Shown in pieces: positions 21,139 to 30,203 of a stretch of DNA of 64,000 bases (positions within the stretch are counted from its first letter, which is position 1; each line of letters starts with the position of its first letter). Source of the stretch: Myxococcales bacterium (GTDB lineage Bacteria > Myxococcota_A > Polyangia > Polyangiales > DASUME01); assembly GCA_047601445.1 (NCBI GenBank), contig JASGJH010000001.1, positions 7,296,001 to 7,360,000 on the forward strand, read 5' to 3'. A program made the position numbers and the translations under genes. The notes under the pieces are model-generated. The model did no database searches, had not been told where the DNA came from, and saw only the letters and a program-made list of their open reading frames with translations.

Positions 21139-21930
21139 TCAGAACGTAAGACGAGCCGTCACTCGATCGATGCCTACTCGCAGCGACAGGCGTCGCTGGG
21201 CCGAGGCCACTGACGGTGGGGCGAACGAGCCCGGACCGTTCGTAGGCTGCATGGCCCACGGGCGTTCGCGGTAGTTATCTACCGACTGCGTGGGCTGCGT
21301 CCAGATCGCGATCTCCGTGACGGCCAGGTTCCACACCACCTCGAGGCTCGCCTGCAGCCAAACCTGGCGATTGTGGTGCGTGCCGCCCTCTCCAAAGTCG
21401 TAGTTTCGTAGGAATATGTAGATGCCCGTGGACAGTGCCCACGCGCCATCGAGAAGGTGCTCGACCACACTCCGCCCCTCCTCCTCGTCTTCCGCCGCCC
21501 GCTTGAGCAGGTGTTCTGCCTTGGCGAGTGCCCTGGCTCGCTCCTCGGGGGTGCGACGAGGCATGCGCGAAATCCGTCGCGAAGCAAAAGCTGGAACCAT
21601 GGGAAAAATGGACAGCTGGCCGATCCAGAGAACTCCTCCGATCCAGGAAGTGAGCCACACGTCTCGCTCGAGTCGGGTGTTCGCGCGCGCGTAGTAGACA
21701 GCACTGACGGTCGTATCCACGGCTGCCGCCGCGAACCAGCCGTACCACCAGATCTGAGCGTGCAGCCGCTCGCGGGCAAACGCCCCTTCGATCCAGAGCA
21801 GACGCGCGCGCACTTGCGCGTCGTCCAGCGCGGGAGCCTGCGCGGTCTCCGCAGCCGCACTGCTCACGACGAGCTGCACCATCAAGACCAGGCTAGACAG
21901 CCTTAGAGACCGCCATCCCTGCGAACGCAT
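21139..21930 (-). CDS. Hypothetical exported/membrane protein
   Basis: Signal-like N-terminus and several hydrophobic segments; no family recognised. Confidence 0.6.
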   Translation of the reverse strand: MRSQGWRSLRLSSLVLMVQLVVSSAAAETAQAPALDDAQVRARLLWIEGAFARERLHAQIWWYGWFAAAAVDTTVSAVYYARANTRLERDVWLTSWIGGVLWIGQLSIFPMVPAFASRRISRMPRRTPEERARALAKAEHLLKRAAEDEEEGRSVVEHLLDGAWALSTGIYIFLRNYDFGEGGTHHNRQVWLQASLEVVWNLAVTEIAIWTQPTQSVDNYRERPWAMQPTNGPGSFAPPSVASAQRRLSLRVGIDRVTARLTF

Positions 21931-22168
21931 GCTCTTCGAATTCTCTCCCGGCGGCCGAATCACGGCGATTCCAGCCCAAGATTTCCCGCGGCGATGCAAA
22001 GCCTTCATGGAAAGTGAGAGCGCGCCGATTCCGAGGAGTCTTCGGTTCTACGTCATGGCCGAGGTACCCAGCCTTGGAGCGTGCACAGGATTTCTCAAGA
22101 GAGCCGCATTTGCTTTGAAGCGACAGGGCTCCACGAGGAGAGAAGGGAGCAAGGAGCGTGTCGCTCGC

Positions 22169-22474
22169 ATGAGCTTTCGTGCGCTTTGGTTGTCATCAAC
22201 GGTGCTGATCTTGCTCTGGCAAGCACAGCTGGTCGGAGACTGGCGAGTCGACGACGCCTACATCACGTTCGCGTACTCCAAGAATCTCGCGCTTGGCCAG
22301 GGGCCTGTCTTCGGCCATGACCTGCGCGTCGAGGGCTACACCAACTTCCTTTGGATGATCCTTCAGGCGGTGCTGAACCGCGCACACGACCGGGCGCTGT
22401 TCTTTTTGGAGAAGCGTAGAAGTGGCGTCTCGCTGACGAAGCGCACGAGCCGCCGGGGCTTCAGCGTGGACTAG
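22169..22474 (+). pseudogene. Truncated GT-C-type membrane glycosyltransferase
   Basis: VDDAYITFAYSKNLALGQGPVF...RVEGYTNFLW matches the family N-terminus, but the ORF stops at about 100 aa. Confidence 0.7.
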
Positions 22475-22769
22475 CCGTTTGAAGCGGACCCGACTGCTAC
22501 CGGGCCAAGCATCCATTGAGGATCGTCGAGCCCAGTCGGAGATCGGCTTGCCGAAACGGCCACCGTTCGAGGCCTCACCCACAGAACCGCCCTGCTGCAC
22601 ATTTTCACTCGGAACGCCTGGGCTCCTGCGGCATTCGAAGCGTCAGAGCGATCCCTGAACTGAAGAAAGCTCGTTTTCGCACGCCAACGATCACGGAATC
22701 CTGCTCGTGCTGCCATGTGTCAGTGAGCGTTCGATTGGACGCTCAGCTTCCACGCGACGGAGCGGAATC

Positions 22770-23373
22770 ATGCACGGTTGGCAGAACAAGAATGTACTGG
22801 GTCTGGGGATGGGGCTCCTGTTGGGAAGCCTTGGCGCGTGCGGTGACACGCCTCGCACTGGAGCTGGGCTGGGCGGCTACGGGGACCTCGATGGATCGTT
22901 CGATCCGGGGGACAACGGGGACGGTGATGGCGACGGAGATGGCGACGGGAACGGAGATGGAGATGGTGACGGCGACGCAGTCACGGGCTCCCATGCTCGC
23001 GACGGCGGCACGGCCAGTTGCGACGATCCGAACGGCACCGAATCTCGAGGGTTGCACCTGCAGCACCAAGGGGAAGACACGCGCCTGCTACACCGGACCC
23101 GCAGACACCCGCAACGTGGGGGCCTGCAAGGACGGCGTTCAGACGTGCACAGCCGACGGAAACGGCGAGTTCGTGTCCTTGGTCTACTCCGCCTGCAGTG
23201 GAGAAACGTTGCCGAGCGGAGATAGCTGCTCGGTGAAGCAGCCCGAGAATCCATGTCAGCAAGTGCAGGGCCAGAACGGCAACACGACTGTCAACGGAGT
23301 CATGTACTGTGAAGGCGACACGGTGAATCTGTTTGGCGACGGCGGCATTTTTGGCGGAATCTTCGGTCCTTGA
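22770..23373 (+). CDS. Gly-Asp/Cys-rich lipoprotein with an apparent +1 frameshift near 23034
   Basis: Lipobox LGAC and (GD)n in one frame; myxobacterial Cys motif CYTGPADTRNVGACKDGVQTC in the next. Confidence 0.75.
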
Positions 23374-23771
23374 ACGACGCTTCTACCAAGCTCGTGCTGA
23401 CGTTTCTCCTCCTGCAGCTGGCGTTGCCGGCGATCGTGCTAAGCAGGAACGGTGTGACGGGGCACGATTTCTCCTGGGACATGTTCAGTCATCACCTCAG
23501 CTGTGCTCAGGTCGAGGCATACGGCAGCATGCCGTCTGGGGCTCGCTTCGAGGTAACACTCGGCAACGATTTTCCCAACTGGGCGCAGCTGAGCCGCGTT
23601 TTGACCCCCGAGCGCTTCGCGCAGTACGCGACGACCTGGCTATGTCCACGACTTCGCGAGCGCCACGGCAGTCCGGTCGCCTTGCACGTGGCGACGCGCT
23701 GCCGTGAACAGCGGAAAGGCCCCTGGTTCGCGCTGCTGGACGAGCGGCGCGACTTCTGCGGCGCGCAGTGA
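23370..23771 (+). CDS. Protein resembling the last TM helix and lumenal domain of vitamin K-dependent gamma-carboxylase
   Basis: LLQLALP...GHDFSWDMF...QYAT...LLDERRDF; 4-nt overlaps with both neighbours. Confidence 0.65.
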   Translation: MNDASTKLVLTFLLLQLALPAIVLSRNGVTGHDFSWDMFSHHLSCAQVEAYGSMPSGARFEVTLGNDFPNWAQLSRVLTPERFAQYATTWLCPRLRERHGSPVALHVATRCREQRKGPWFALLDERRDFCGAQ

Positions 23772-24709
23772 CGCCAGCTTGCGGGGCGTCGTGGCTGGCT
23801 AGGCTACGGGTTCGCGGCCCGCTGTGGCCCCTGGCGCTTTTTCGCATAGGGTTCGGACTGGCACTCCTCGTGCAGACGCTCGTCGAAGCCGGACGTCACG
23901 CTGCCTACGCGCCCGAGCGCTTCCACTTGCCCTTGGTCCCGTTGCTTGCGGCGCCAAGCGCGCCGGTGTTCGCCATGCTGATCCGCCTGGCATTGCTCTC
24001 TGCGATCGCCACCATCCTGGGCGCGGGCAGTCGCATCGCGGTGGTGGTGTTGACCCTGGTGCATGGATATTTGTTTGCGGTGGACAGCCTGCTGTTCCGC
24101 AATCACGTGTACGCCGCGCTGCTGTTGGGAGGACTGCTGGCGCTGTCCCCGTGTGGTCAGGTGCTGTCTTTCGATGCTCTGATGCGCCGAATGCGCCGGC
24201 GGCCACCTCGACCGCGCGAAGGCAGCCTCGTCGTCGCCCAGCTGATCAAGGGACAGGTGTGGATCATCTACCTGTGGTCAGCCCTCAACAAACTGCGTCC
24301 TTCGTTCCTGGACGGCTGGGTCTTCCAACAAGAACTGCCGGCCTTGCTTCGCGAAGGGCTGCTCGCGCGTTGGCTGAACGATCGAGGAACCTCGGCCATG
24401 TGGGTCATCCTCGACGACGACGCACGAACAGCGGCGCTCGCGTGGAGCGTTCTCCTCGTCGAGCTGTTTATCGCGGTAGGGATCATGCATCGACGCCTGC
24501 GGCCGTGGGCTTGTGCCTGTGGCCTGACGCTTCACGTGGGAATTTTTCTGTCCATGAACGTGTTCACGTTCGGGTGTCTCCTCGTCGCAAGTTACCCGCT
24601 GTTTCTGGCATCGCCGCGCAGCCCGCCGCTCACGGCGTGCACAGCGAAGGCACGAGCAGACAGCACCAGGGCTCCAGTCCCTGCTCTTCCCACGGTTCCG
24701 CGTCCGTAG
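23768..24709 (+). CDS. HTTM-domain (vitamin K-dependent gamma-carboxylase-like) membrane protein
   Basis: LALFRIGFG, FRNHVY, LSFD, GQVWIIYLWSALNKL...G, LHVGI. Confidence 0.85.
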   Translation: MTPACGASWLARLRVRGPLWPLALFRIGFGLALLVQTLVEAGRHAAYAPERFHLPLVPLLAAPSAPVFAMLIRLALLSAIATILGAGSRIAVVVLTLVHGYLFAVDSLLFRNHVYAALLLGGLLALSPCGQVLSFDALMRRMRRRPPRPREGSLVVAQLIKGQVWIIYLWSALNKLRPSFLDGWVFQQELPALLREGLLARWLNDRGTSAMWVILDDDARTAALAWSVLLVELFIAVGIMHRRLRPWACACGLTLHVGIFLSMNVFTFGCLLVASYPLFLASPRSPPLTACTAKARADSTRAPVPALPTVPRP

Positions 24710-25004
24710 CACCGAGACCCGCGTCGCGTGTGCATTCCTCGAGCAGCTCTCCGAGGGCAGCATCGGGCATTCCGGGAATCTCCGCGTCCGCCAGGGGGCC
24801 GGCATCAGGGGTCGTAGCCACGTGCCCTCGTGCAGCGTCGCGTGGGTCGACGGCGCCATCGTCGGCCATGTCAGCGTCGTAGTCTCCGGCATCAAGCGAG
24901 AGGGCCTCGCCGGAGTCCGGCCGAAGGTCACTCCCGAGCTTGCCTTCTCGCGTGCTTGCACACCCCACCACGAGCAGAAGACAGGCTCCAAGCGCTCGCT
25001 TCAT
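24630..25004 (-). CDS. Small acidic lipoprotein
   Basis: Lipobox VVGC, repeated DA(G) motifs, C-terminal WCCLLVPSLC; ATGA overlap with the anti-sigma gene. Confidence 0.7.
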   Translation of the reverse strand: MKRALGACLLLVVGCASTREGKLGSDLRPDSGEALSLDAGDYDADMADDGAVDPRDAARGHVATTPDAGPLADAEIPGMPDAALGELLEECTRDAGLGATDAEPWEEQGLEPWCCLLVPSLCTP

Positions 25005-25723
25005 CGCGTCTCACCGAGCGAGCAGGCTTGACGAATTCGAGGCCCGAACAAGTTTTGGGGAAAGCGGCTCAGAAACGCAGCGGCTTCCGGGTGCGCGCGT
25101 GACGGGGCTTCGGTGCACCGCAGCAGGAGCGCAAGGCCTTGCTGTTCGGGGCCTAGGCCACCGCGCGGGAAGCGGGCACGACACTCGGCAAGCAAACGAT
25201 GCGCGCGCTCTAGATCATGCTGAGCGATGGCGATCGAAGCGTCCTGTAGCAGACGGACCTCCGCCCGTGAGTCAGACGGGTGCGCGGCTGCGCGCTGGGC
25301 TGGTCGCACCGCGACCCGGTCGTCGTGTGGAGGCTGAGTCACGGGGACGGCGGAGACCACAGGCGTGCCGGCTCTCGGCGAGAGTCCCGGGGTCACCACA
25401 GGCGCGCTCGAGACGACGGGAGGCTCGAGAGTCGGCGAGGAAACCAGGGGCGGGCCGCCGGGAAGTGCGACGTAGACTCCCGCGGCGACCAAATTCGCGA
25501 GGACCATGGCTGACAGCCACTTTAGCGCAGCGCTGGCGAACCATGGAGCGCTCGAAGCGATCGGGCCGGGCTCCGACGCCAATCCCGGCGGGGGTGCTTC
25601 GAGCGTCGCGGCTGCGGTGAGTACGGCGAGCCGAACGCGCTCCCTCACGTCAGGACCAGGCAGATCGTGCGCTTTTTTGGCCAGTTCGAGGAAGGCCCGG
25701 TGGCGGGTGGGAAGCTCATTCAT
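25001..25723 (-). CDS. Putative anti-sigma factor (TM, Pro-rich linker, TPR-like C-terminus)
   Basis: Directly downstream of the ECF; AEVRLL...RFPRGGL...FLSRFP...RIRQAC. Confidence 0.7.
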   Translation of the reverse strand: MNELPTRHRAFLELAKKAHDLPGPDVRERVRLAVLTAAATLEAPPPGLASEPGPIASSAPWFASAALKWLSAMVLANLVAAGVYVALPGGPPLVSSPTLEPPVVSSAPVVTPGLSPRAGTPVVSAVPVTQPPHDDRVAVRPAQRAAAHPSDSRAEVRLLQDASIAIAQHDLERAHRLLAECRARFPRGGLGPEQQGLALLLRCTEAPSRAHPEAAAFLSRFPQNLFGPRIRQACSLGETR

Positions 25724-26270
25724 GCGACCATCCCCTGCTACGCATAAACTCCTCGAATCGGCTGCGCGCCGCGCGAATGCGGGCATAGACGGTGTTCACA
25801 TTGGTGGAGATCAGCACGCCAATTTCGGGAGCGCTCAGCCCTTCGAGGTCCGCCAGCACGAAGGCGACCCGCTTGTCCTCGTCCAGCTCGTCGAGAAAAG
25901 TCTCGAGCATCGCCGCTGCCTGGGCCTCCGCCGTGCGCTGACAGGCGTCGGGCGCGTCGGACACCGCGTGTTCAGTGTCGAGCTCCCCGGCAGATCGGTG
26001 CGCCTTACGTCGGTAGTCTTTGGCCACCCGCAGTGCGATCGCAAACAGAAAGCCCTTGGCCGATGCCTCCGGCCTGAGCTCGGCCCACTTTCTATGCAGG
26101 ATGACGAAGCTATCTTGCGCCGCGTCCTCGGCCACGCTCGCAGCGACTCCAAAGCGACGCAGGGTGCGCCAGACGAAGTCGAAATGCTCGCGGTAGAGCT
26201 CGTCGAACGTGAGGGGCGCGTGCAGCACGTCCTCGTTCCGGGCCTCGAGCCTTTGGTGGACCGAGATCAT
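25716..26270 (-). CDS. ECF sigma factor
   Basis: FDELYREHFDFVWRTLRRFGV..AEDAAQD, FLFAIA, KRVAFVLADLEG, NTVYARIRAAR. Confidence 0.93.
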   Translation of the reverse strand: MISVHQRLEARNEDVLHAPLTFDELYREHFDFVWRTLRRFGVAASVAEDAAQDSFVILHRKWAELRPEASAKGFLFAIALRVAKDYRRKAHRSAGELDTEHAVSDAPDACQRTAEAQAAAMLETFLDELDEDKRVAFVLADLEGLSAPEIGVLISTNVNTVYARIRAARSRFEEFMRSRGWSHE

Positions 26271-26306
26271 TCCCTGCTACATGGCAGCAGCCGGCCGAAT
26301 CCGTGA

Positions 26307-27440
26307 TCACCAACGGCCTCCGAGACGCAAATCGAGGTGGAGCGTCACCCAGTCGGCGACCGCCACATCCCCCGCGCCCGCGACGGTGAAGCGGGGACGG
26401 CTCGTGAGCGGGAGTCCCATTCCAAAAACGCTGGTGATCTCGAGGTGCTCGGCAATCCCGTAGCCGATCAACAGAGAGGGACCAGCCAGGAGCCACGGAA
26501 CGTTCGCGTGGCCCGCTTCCACGGTATCGCGGGTGTCGCCGTGGGTCCGCAGGGCCGAGAGCTCGACGCACGGACCGACACGCAGATCCCGGCCAAACTG
26601 GCCGCAGCTCGCCAACGTGACCAGGCTCGTCCGCAGCTGGACGAGACCTCCGGCCGCCACGACATCCGAGCGGGGAAGGGTCATGGCGCCGCGAACCTCG
26701 AGATAGAGCGCACCCCAGCCAAGGCCCCCCGCCAGGGCGAAGCTGAGCTGGGGTTTGGGTAAGCTCGACGACCAGACGCCGAGGCCGACCGCGACGCGTC
26801 CCCAGCGCTCGCGTGACCTTCGCGATCGCGCTGCGCGCACTCTACGCTCTTCCCTGTCCGGCTCTTGTTGTGTCGCGCGCTCGAGAGCGGGTTGCGCGGG
26901 CGGGCGACGGGCGAGGGATTCGGTGGCCGCTCGAGGCGGGACTGCCCTCTCCGCGACCGTCCCATGCGCGGGCACGTCCGGCGCCGTTGCCTGGGTCTCC
27001 GCCCAACCCACGGTGGACTGCGATACCGGGGGCCGGCGTGCGCTCTCTTCGCCCGCGTCCGCGTCTTCCGCATCGCTCGGCTGCTGCGTCTCAGGGGGCA
27101 GCGCAGCGGCCATGGCGACGAGCGAAGCGGCCAGGTCTGCCAGGTGCAGACAGCTTGGGTCCCGCAGCGTGCGCGCTGTCCGCACCCTGCCTTGGACGAT
27201 CGAGAGTTCAAGCAGATAGCTTGTGCCATTGCGGCCGACCCGAGCCACCGCCTGGAGGTCGACGTCGGAGGCACCGTGGCGAGTAAGCAACGTTCGGAGC
27301 TTCCGGTGAACCTGCTCTGAACTCGGGCAACCGGGCGGCGCTGTCCAAGTGAGCTCCGCACCAGCTGCTCGAGCCGGGCTCGCACCCAGAAGGCTTCCCC
27401 CCCACCAACAAACGATGACGACGAGCCTGAGAAGCACCAC
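26307..27440 (-). CDS. ECF-associated exported protein (WxAPxGCP domain, linker, putative beta-barrel)
   Basis: Signal peptide, ELTWTAPPGCP, amphipathic strands, terminal Trp (LGGRW). Confidence 0.7.
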   Translation of the reverse strand: MVLLRLVVIVCWWGGSLLGASPARAAGAELTWTAPPGCPSSEQVHRKLRTLLTRHGASDVDLQAVARVGRNGTSYLLELSIVQGRVRTARTLRDPSCLHLADLAASLVAMAAALPPETQQPSDAEDADAGEESARRPPVSQSTVGWAETQATAPDVPAHGTVAERAVPPRAATESLARRPPAQPALERATQQEPDREERRVRAARSRRSRERWGRVAVGLGVWSSSLPKPQLSFALAGGLGWGALYLEVRGAMTLPRSDVVAAGGLVQLRTSLVTLASCGQFGRDLRVGPCVELSALRTHGDTRDTVEAGHANVPWLLAGPSLLIGYGIAEHLEITSVFGMGLPLTSRPRFTVAGAGDVAVADWVTLHLDLRLGGRW

Positions 27441-27555
27441 GCGTGGCGCGACGTTAGCCTTTTTCTGGGCCGCCTGCTCGAGTTCGCAGCGTGCGCTCTC
27501 ACCCGGCCACAGGAAACGCGCCGTACCTCGACGTCATGGGTGCGAGGATGGCCGG

Positions 27556-28695
27556 CTACGGTGCGGGCATCGGTGCACTTGGGCTCAGGGCGTCGATCCA
27601 GTCGGCGATCTTCTGGGTCCCGACGTCGTCGATCTTGTGGGTGACGAGCGGCGGCATCTGGTAGTTGCCACGCCGGTGGGTCAGCTGCCAAAGGAGGCTC
27701 TGCTCATGAGAGCCTGGGGAGATGCGCAGAGCGCCGGGGAAGGCTTGCGCCACCGATGCGGTGGTGGGGGCTTGGTTCACGGTGGCGCGATAGGCGTCCG
27801 TGGACTCGGCGGCGACCGGCGCGGTGCCGGCGTCGCTGGGCCAGAACTCGTCCGCGCGCAGACGCAGCACCAGCTGGGTTTCGTCGCCGAGACCACGAGC
27901 GGAATGGCAGGGCATGCCGCAGTTGGCGTGCAGGTAGCCGAGCGCCGCGCCGGCCTTGCCGGTCGCATCTTCGGGGAGCGTCACGCTGGCGGTCGCAGGC
28001 GGCGCCGACAGGGAGTGGGCTGCCGAGAGCCCCGCCAGGGTCACGCCCTGGGCCGAGGGCAGCGCGAGCGCAACGGCCTCGACCCCGAGGAGCTGATCGG
28101 AGCCGCCATGGTGGCATTTGCCGCAGTCGCGCGCGGTTGGGATCTCGTAACCGCTCGGCAAGATCACGGGCTTGCGGTCTTCGTTCAAGGTCGCACTCGT
28201 GTTGGCAGCATCCCAAATGTACGTGCCCGACTCCCAGTGCGTGTCGCTGGTCTTCCAGAAGATGCGGGTCTCCACGAGCTTGCCGTCGAAACGGAACTCC
28301 TTCCATGCCTTGGTACCGACCGGAAATTTCCAGGCGTCCATCTGGGATGTATCGATCTGCGCGCCGGGAGGGAGCTGCAAGTAGCGCTGCTTCTCGGCGC
28401 CATCACTCCACAAGGTCACTCCAGGAGTGTAGGGCTGCACCGACTCCGGGTGCCGTGTTGGGTCGCGGTCCTTGTAGAGGCCGGTGCAGAACACGTCTTT
28501 AGGCAGCGTAGTGCTGGACGGGTCGCAACCGAGGGCAGGACCGCTGTCGTCTGCAGCGTCGGGCGCTGCTGCATCCGCGACGCGCGCATCGGGCATCGGA
28601 GATGCGTCCTGCGTCGGCCCGTGATCGGAAGCCGGCGAGCAACTTGCGAGCACCAGCAGCGCGGGCAGCGCAAGACGAGGATGCTTGCTCGACAT
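27556..28695 (-). CDS. Diheme c-type cytochrome lipoprotein (SO2930-like)
   Basis: Lipobox LASC, LWSDGAEKQR, FPVGT, CGKCH, YLHANCGMPCH, QMPP. Confidence 0.8.
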   Translation of the reverse strand: MSSKHPRLALPALLVLASCSPASDHGPTQDASPMPDARVADAAAPDAADDSGPALGCDPSSTTLPKDVFCTGLYKDRDPTRHPESVQPYTPGVTLWSDGAEKQRYLQLPPGAQIDTSQMDAWKFPVGTKAWKEFRFDGKLVETRIFWKTSDTHWESGTYIWDAANTSATLNEDRKPVILPSGYEIPTARDCGKCHHGGSDQLLGVEAVALALPSAQGVTLAGLSAAHSLSAPPATASVTLPEDATGKAGAALGYLHANCGMPCHSARGLGDETQLVLRLRADEFWPSDAGTAPVAAESTDAYRATVNQAPTTASVAQAFPGALRISPGSHEQSLLWQLTHRRGNYQMPPLVTHKIDDVGTQKIADWIDALSPSAPMPAP

Positions 28696-28720
28696 GCTGC
28701 GACTCCTTTCTCTCGGCCCG

Positions 28721-29170
28721 CTAGTCATCCGCAGCGCCGCCCTCGATCCAGCTCCGGATCATCGCAAGTTGGTTGTCGCTGAGGTGTTTTCCCCCGATCG
28801 GCATGCGACTGCCGCAGGGGGGAGGATCGGAGGACAGCTTGAGATAGAACAGGCTCTGCTCAGGGTGATGGGGGACCACCAGCGACATCCCGTTGCAGTG
28901 ACTGCTGCTAGATGTCGTGCCGACCAGGGCTGCGAAGGCGCTGTCGCGATCGGATCCTACGCCGAGCTTACCGTTGCTCGTGTCCCGGGCCGGCATCGAG
29001 TGGCAGAAGTTGCAGCGTGCGTTGGTGGTGGCGGGGAAGATCTCTGCGTAGATCGCCGTGAATGTGGCAGGGGTTCCTTGCATCGTCGCCGCTGGCGAAT
29101 CTCCGCCGCAGCCGACGGTGAACAGTGTCATGCCGAGCGCGAATCGACGGATGGGGCTCAAGGCAAACAT
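28721..29170 (-). CDS. Monoheme c-type cytochrome lipoprotein
   Basis: Lipobox TVGC, CNFCH, PEQSLFYLKL, RMP, IRSWIEGGA. Confidence 0.8.
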   Translation of the reverse strand: MFALSPIRRFALGMTLFTVGCGGDSPAATMQGTPATFTAIYAEIFPATTNARCNFCHSMPARDTSNGKLGVGSDRDSAFAALVGTTSSSSHCNGMSLVVPHHPEQSLFYLKLSSDPPPCGSRMPIGGKHLSDNQLAMIRSWIEGGAADD

Positions 29171-30168
29171 TGAAATGGTCCGTTCGCGATCGGAGGCAGC
29201 GTGTGTAGGTAGGTCGCGATGTCGCGCGCGTCGCCATCCGACATCTTGCCCAGACGATCGGGACCGCCGGGGTGCGTGTTGCAGAACTCGCGCCCGGTGT
29301 CTTTCTCCTTGTTCGTCTTGATGGCGGCGACGATGTCGTCGATGCTCCAGGTCGCGAGGCCGGTGGCATCGGGGGTGAGATTGAGCGAGGTGTGCTCCGG
29401 CGCGCCACGAATGAACGTGTACTTCTTGCCGCCGGCGAAGGCCTTGGTGAGGTCGGGGACCCCGTAGGTGATCTCTTCGGTATGGCAGTTCATGCACGCC
29501 GTCTTGGCGAGGTAGCGCCCACGCTCGGCCGCTTCGTAGCCGTCCTGGCCCGGCGTCAGAGTCGTGTGTGGGATTTTGGCGTCGTCCACTGGCGGCGCGG
29601 GCGGGTTCTGATCGAAGTACGGGTAGTCCGCGGCGACCACGTTGTCGTTCGGTGGTACGCTGCGCAGGTACATGACGATCGAGTCCACGTCCTCCTGCGT
29701 TAGCAGCGAGTACTCGGGGTAGGGCATGATCGGGTACATCGCGATCATCTCGTCATCGATGCCCCGGGTGAGCGCGCGCCGGATCTGATCGTTGCTCCAC
29801 GCGTGCAGACCTTCGGGATCGTGTGACGTGAGGTTCTCGGCATTGACGGTGATGATGGTGCCGTCGATATCTTTGAAGTCGTAGGAGCGGCTGCCCGCGA
29901 GGTACTTCGTAGGATCGGGATCGCCGTTGGGCAGCGACGGCGTGTGGCAGACTCCGCACATCAAGACGTGATCGACCAGGTACTCGCCGCGCTCGACCGT
30001 GCCTGTGAGAGGCGCCGACGCGTCGCCGACATGAGCGTCGGGGAGTGTGCTCGCGTCGCGGTCCCCAGCGGCCGCATCGAGCTCTCCGCCTGCGTGCCCG
30101 TTGGAAGTGCACCCGGTAGCCCAAAGCATGGCGATGCCCCAAGCTCCGCATCGAAGCTGAACCTTCAT
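29158..30168 (-). CDS. Diheme cytochrome c lipoprotein
   Basis: Lipobox ATGC, RGEYL..CGVCHTP, NLT, IMP, RGRYL..CMNCHT, NLTPD. Confidence 0.88.
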   Translation of the reverse strand: MKVQLRCGAWGIAMLWATGCTSNGHAGGELDAAAGDRDASTLPDAHVGDASAPLTGTVERGEYLVDHVLMCGVCHTPSLPNGDPDPTKYLAGSRSYDFKDIDGTIITVNAENLTSHDPEGLHAWSNDQIRRALTRGIDDEMIAMYPIMPYPEYSLLTQEDVDSIVMYLRSVPPNDNVVAADYPYFDQNPPAPPVDDAKIPHTTLTPGQDGYEAAERGRYLAKTACMNCHTEEITYGVPDLTKAFAGGKKYTFIRGAPEHTSLNLTPDATGLATWSIDDIVAAIKTNKEKDTGREFCNTHPGGPDRLGKMSDGDARDIATYLHTLPPIANGPFQCLP

Positions 30169-30203
30169 GAAATCCCTCTTCTGTAGTTGAGTCGCGAGCT
30201 TTT

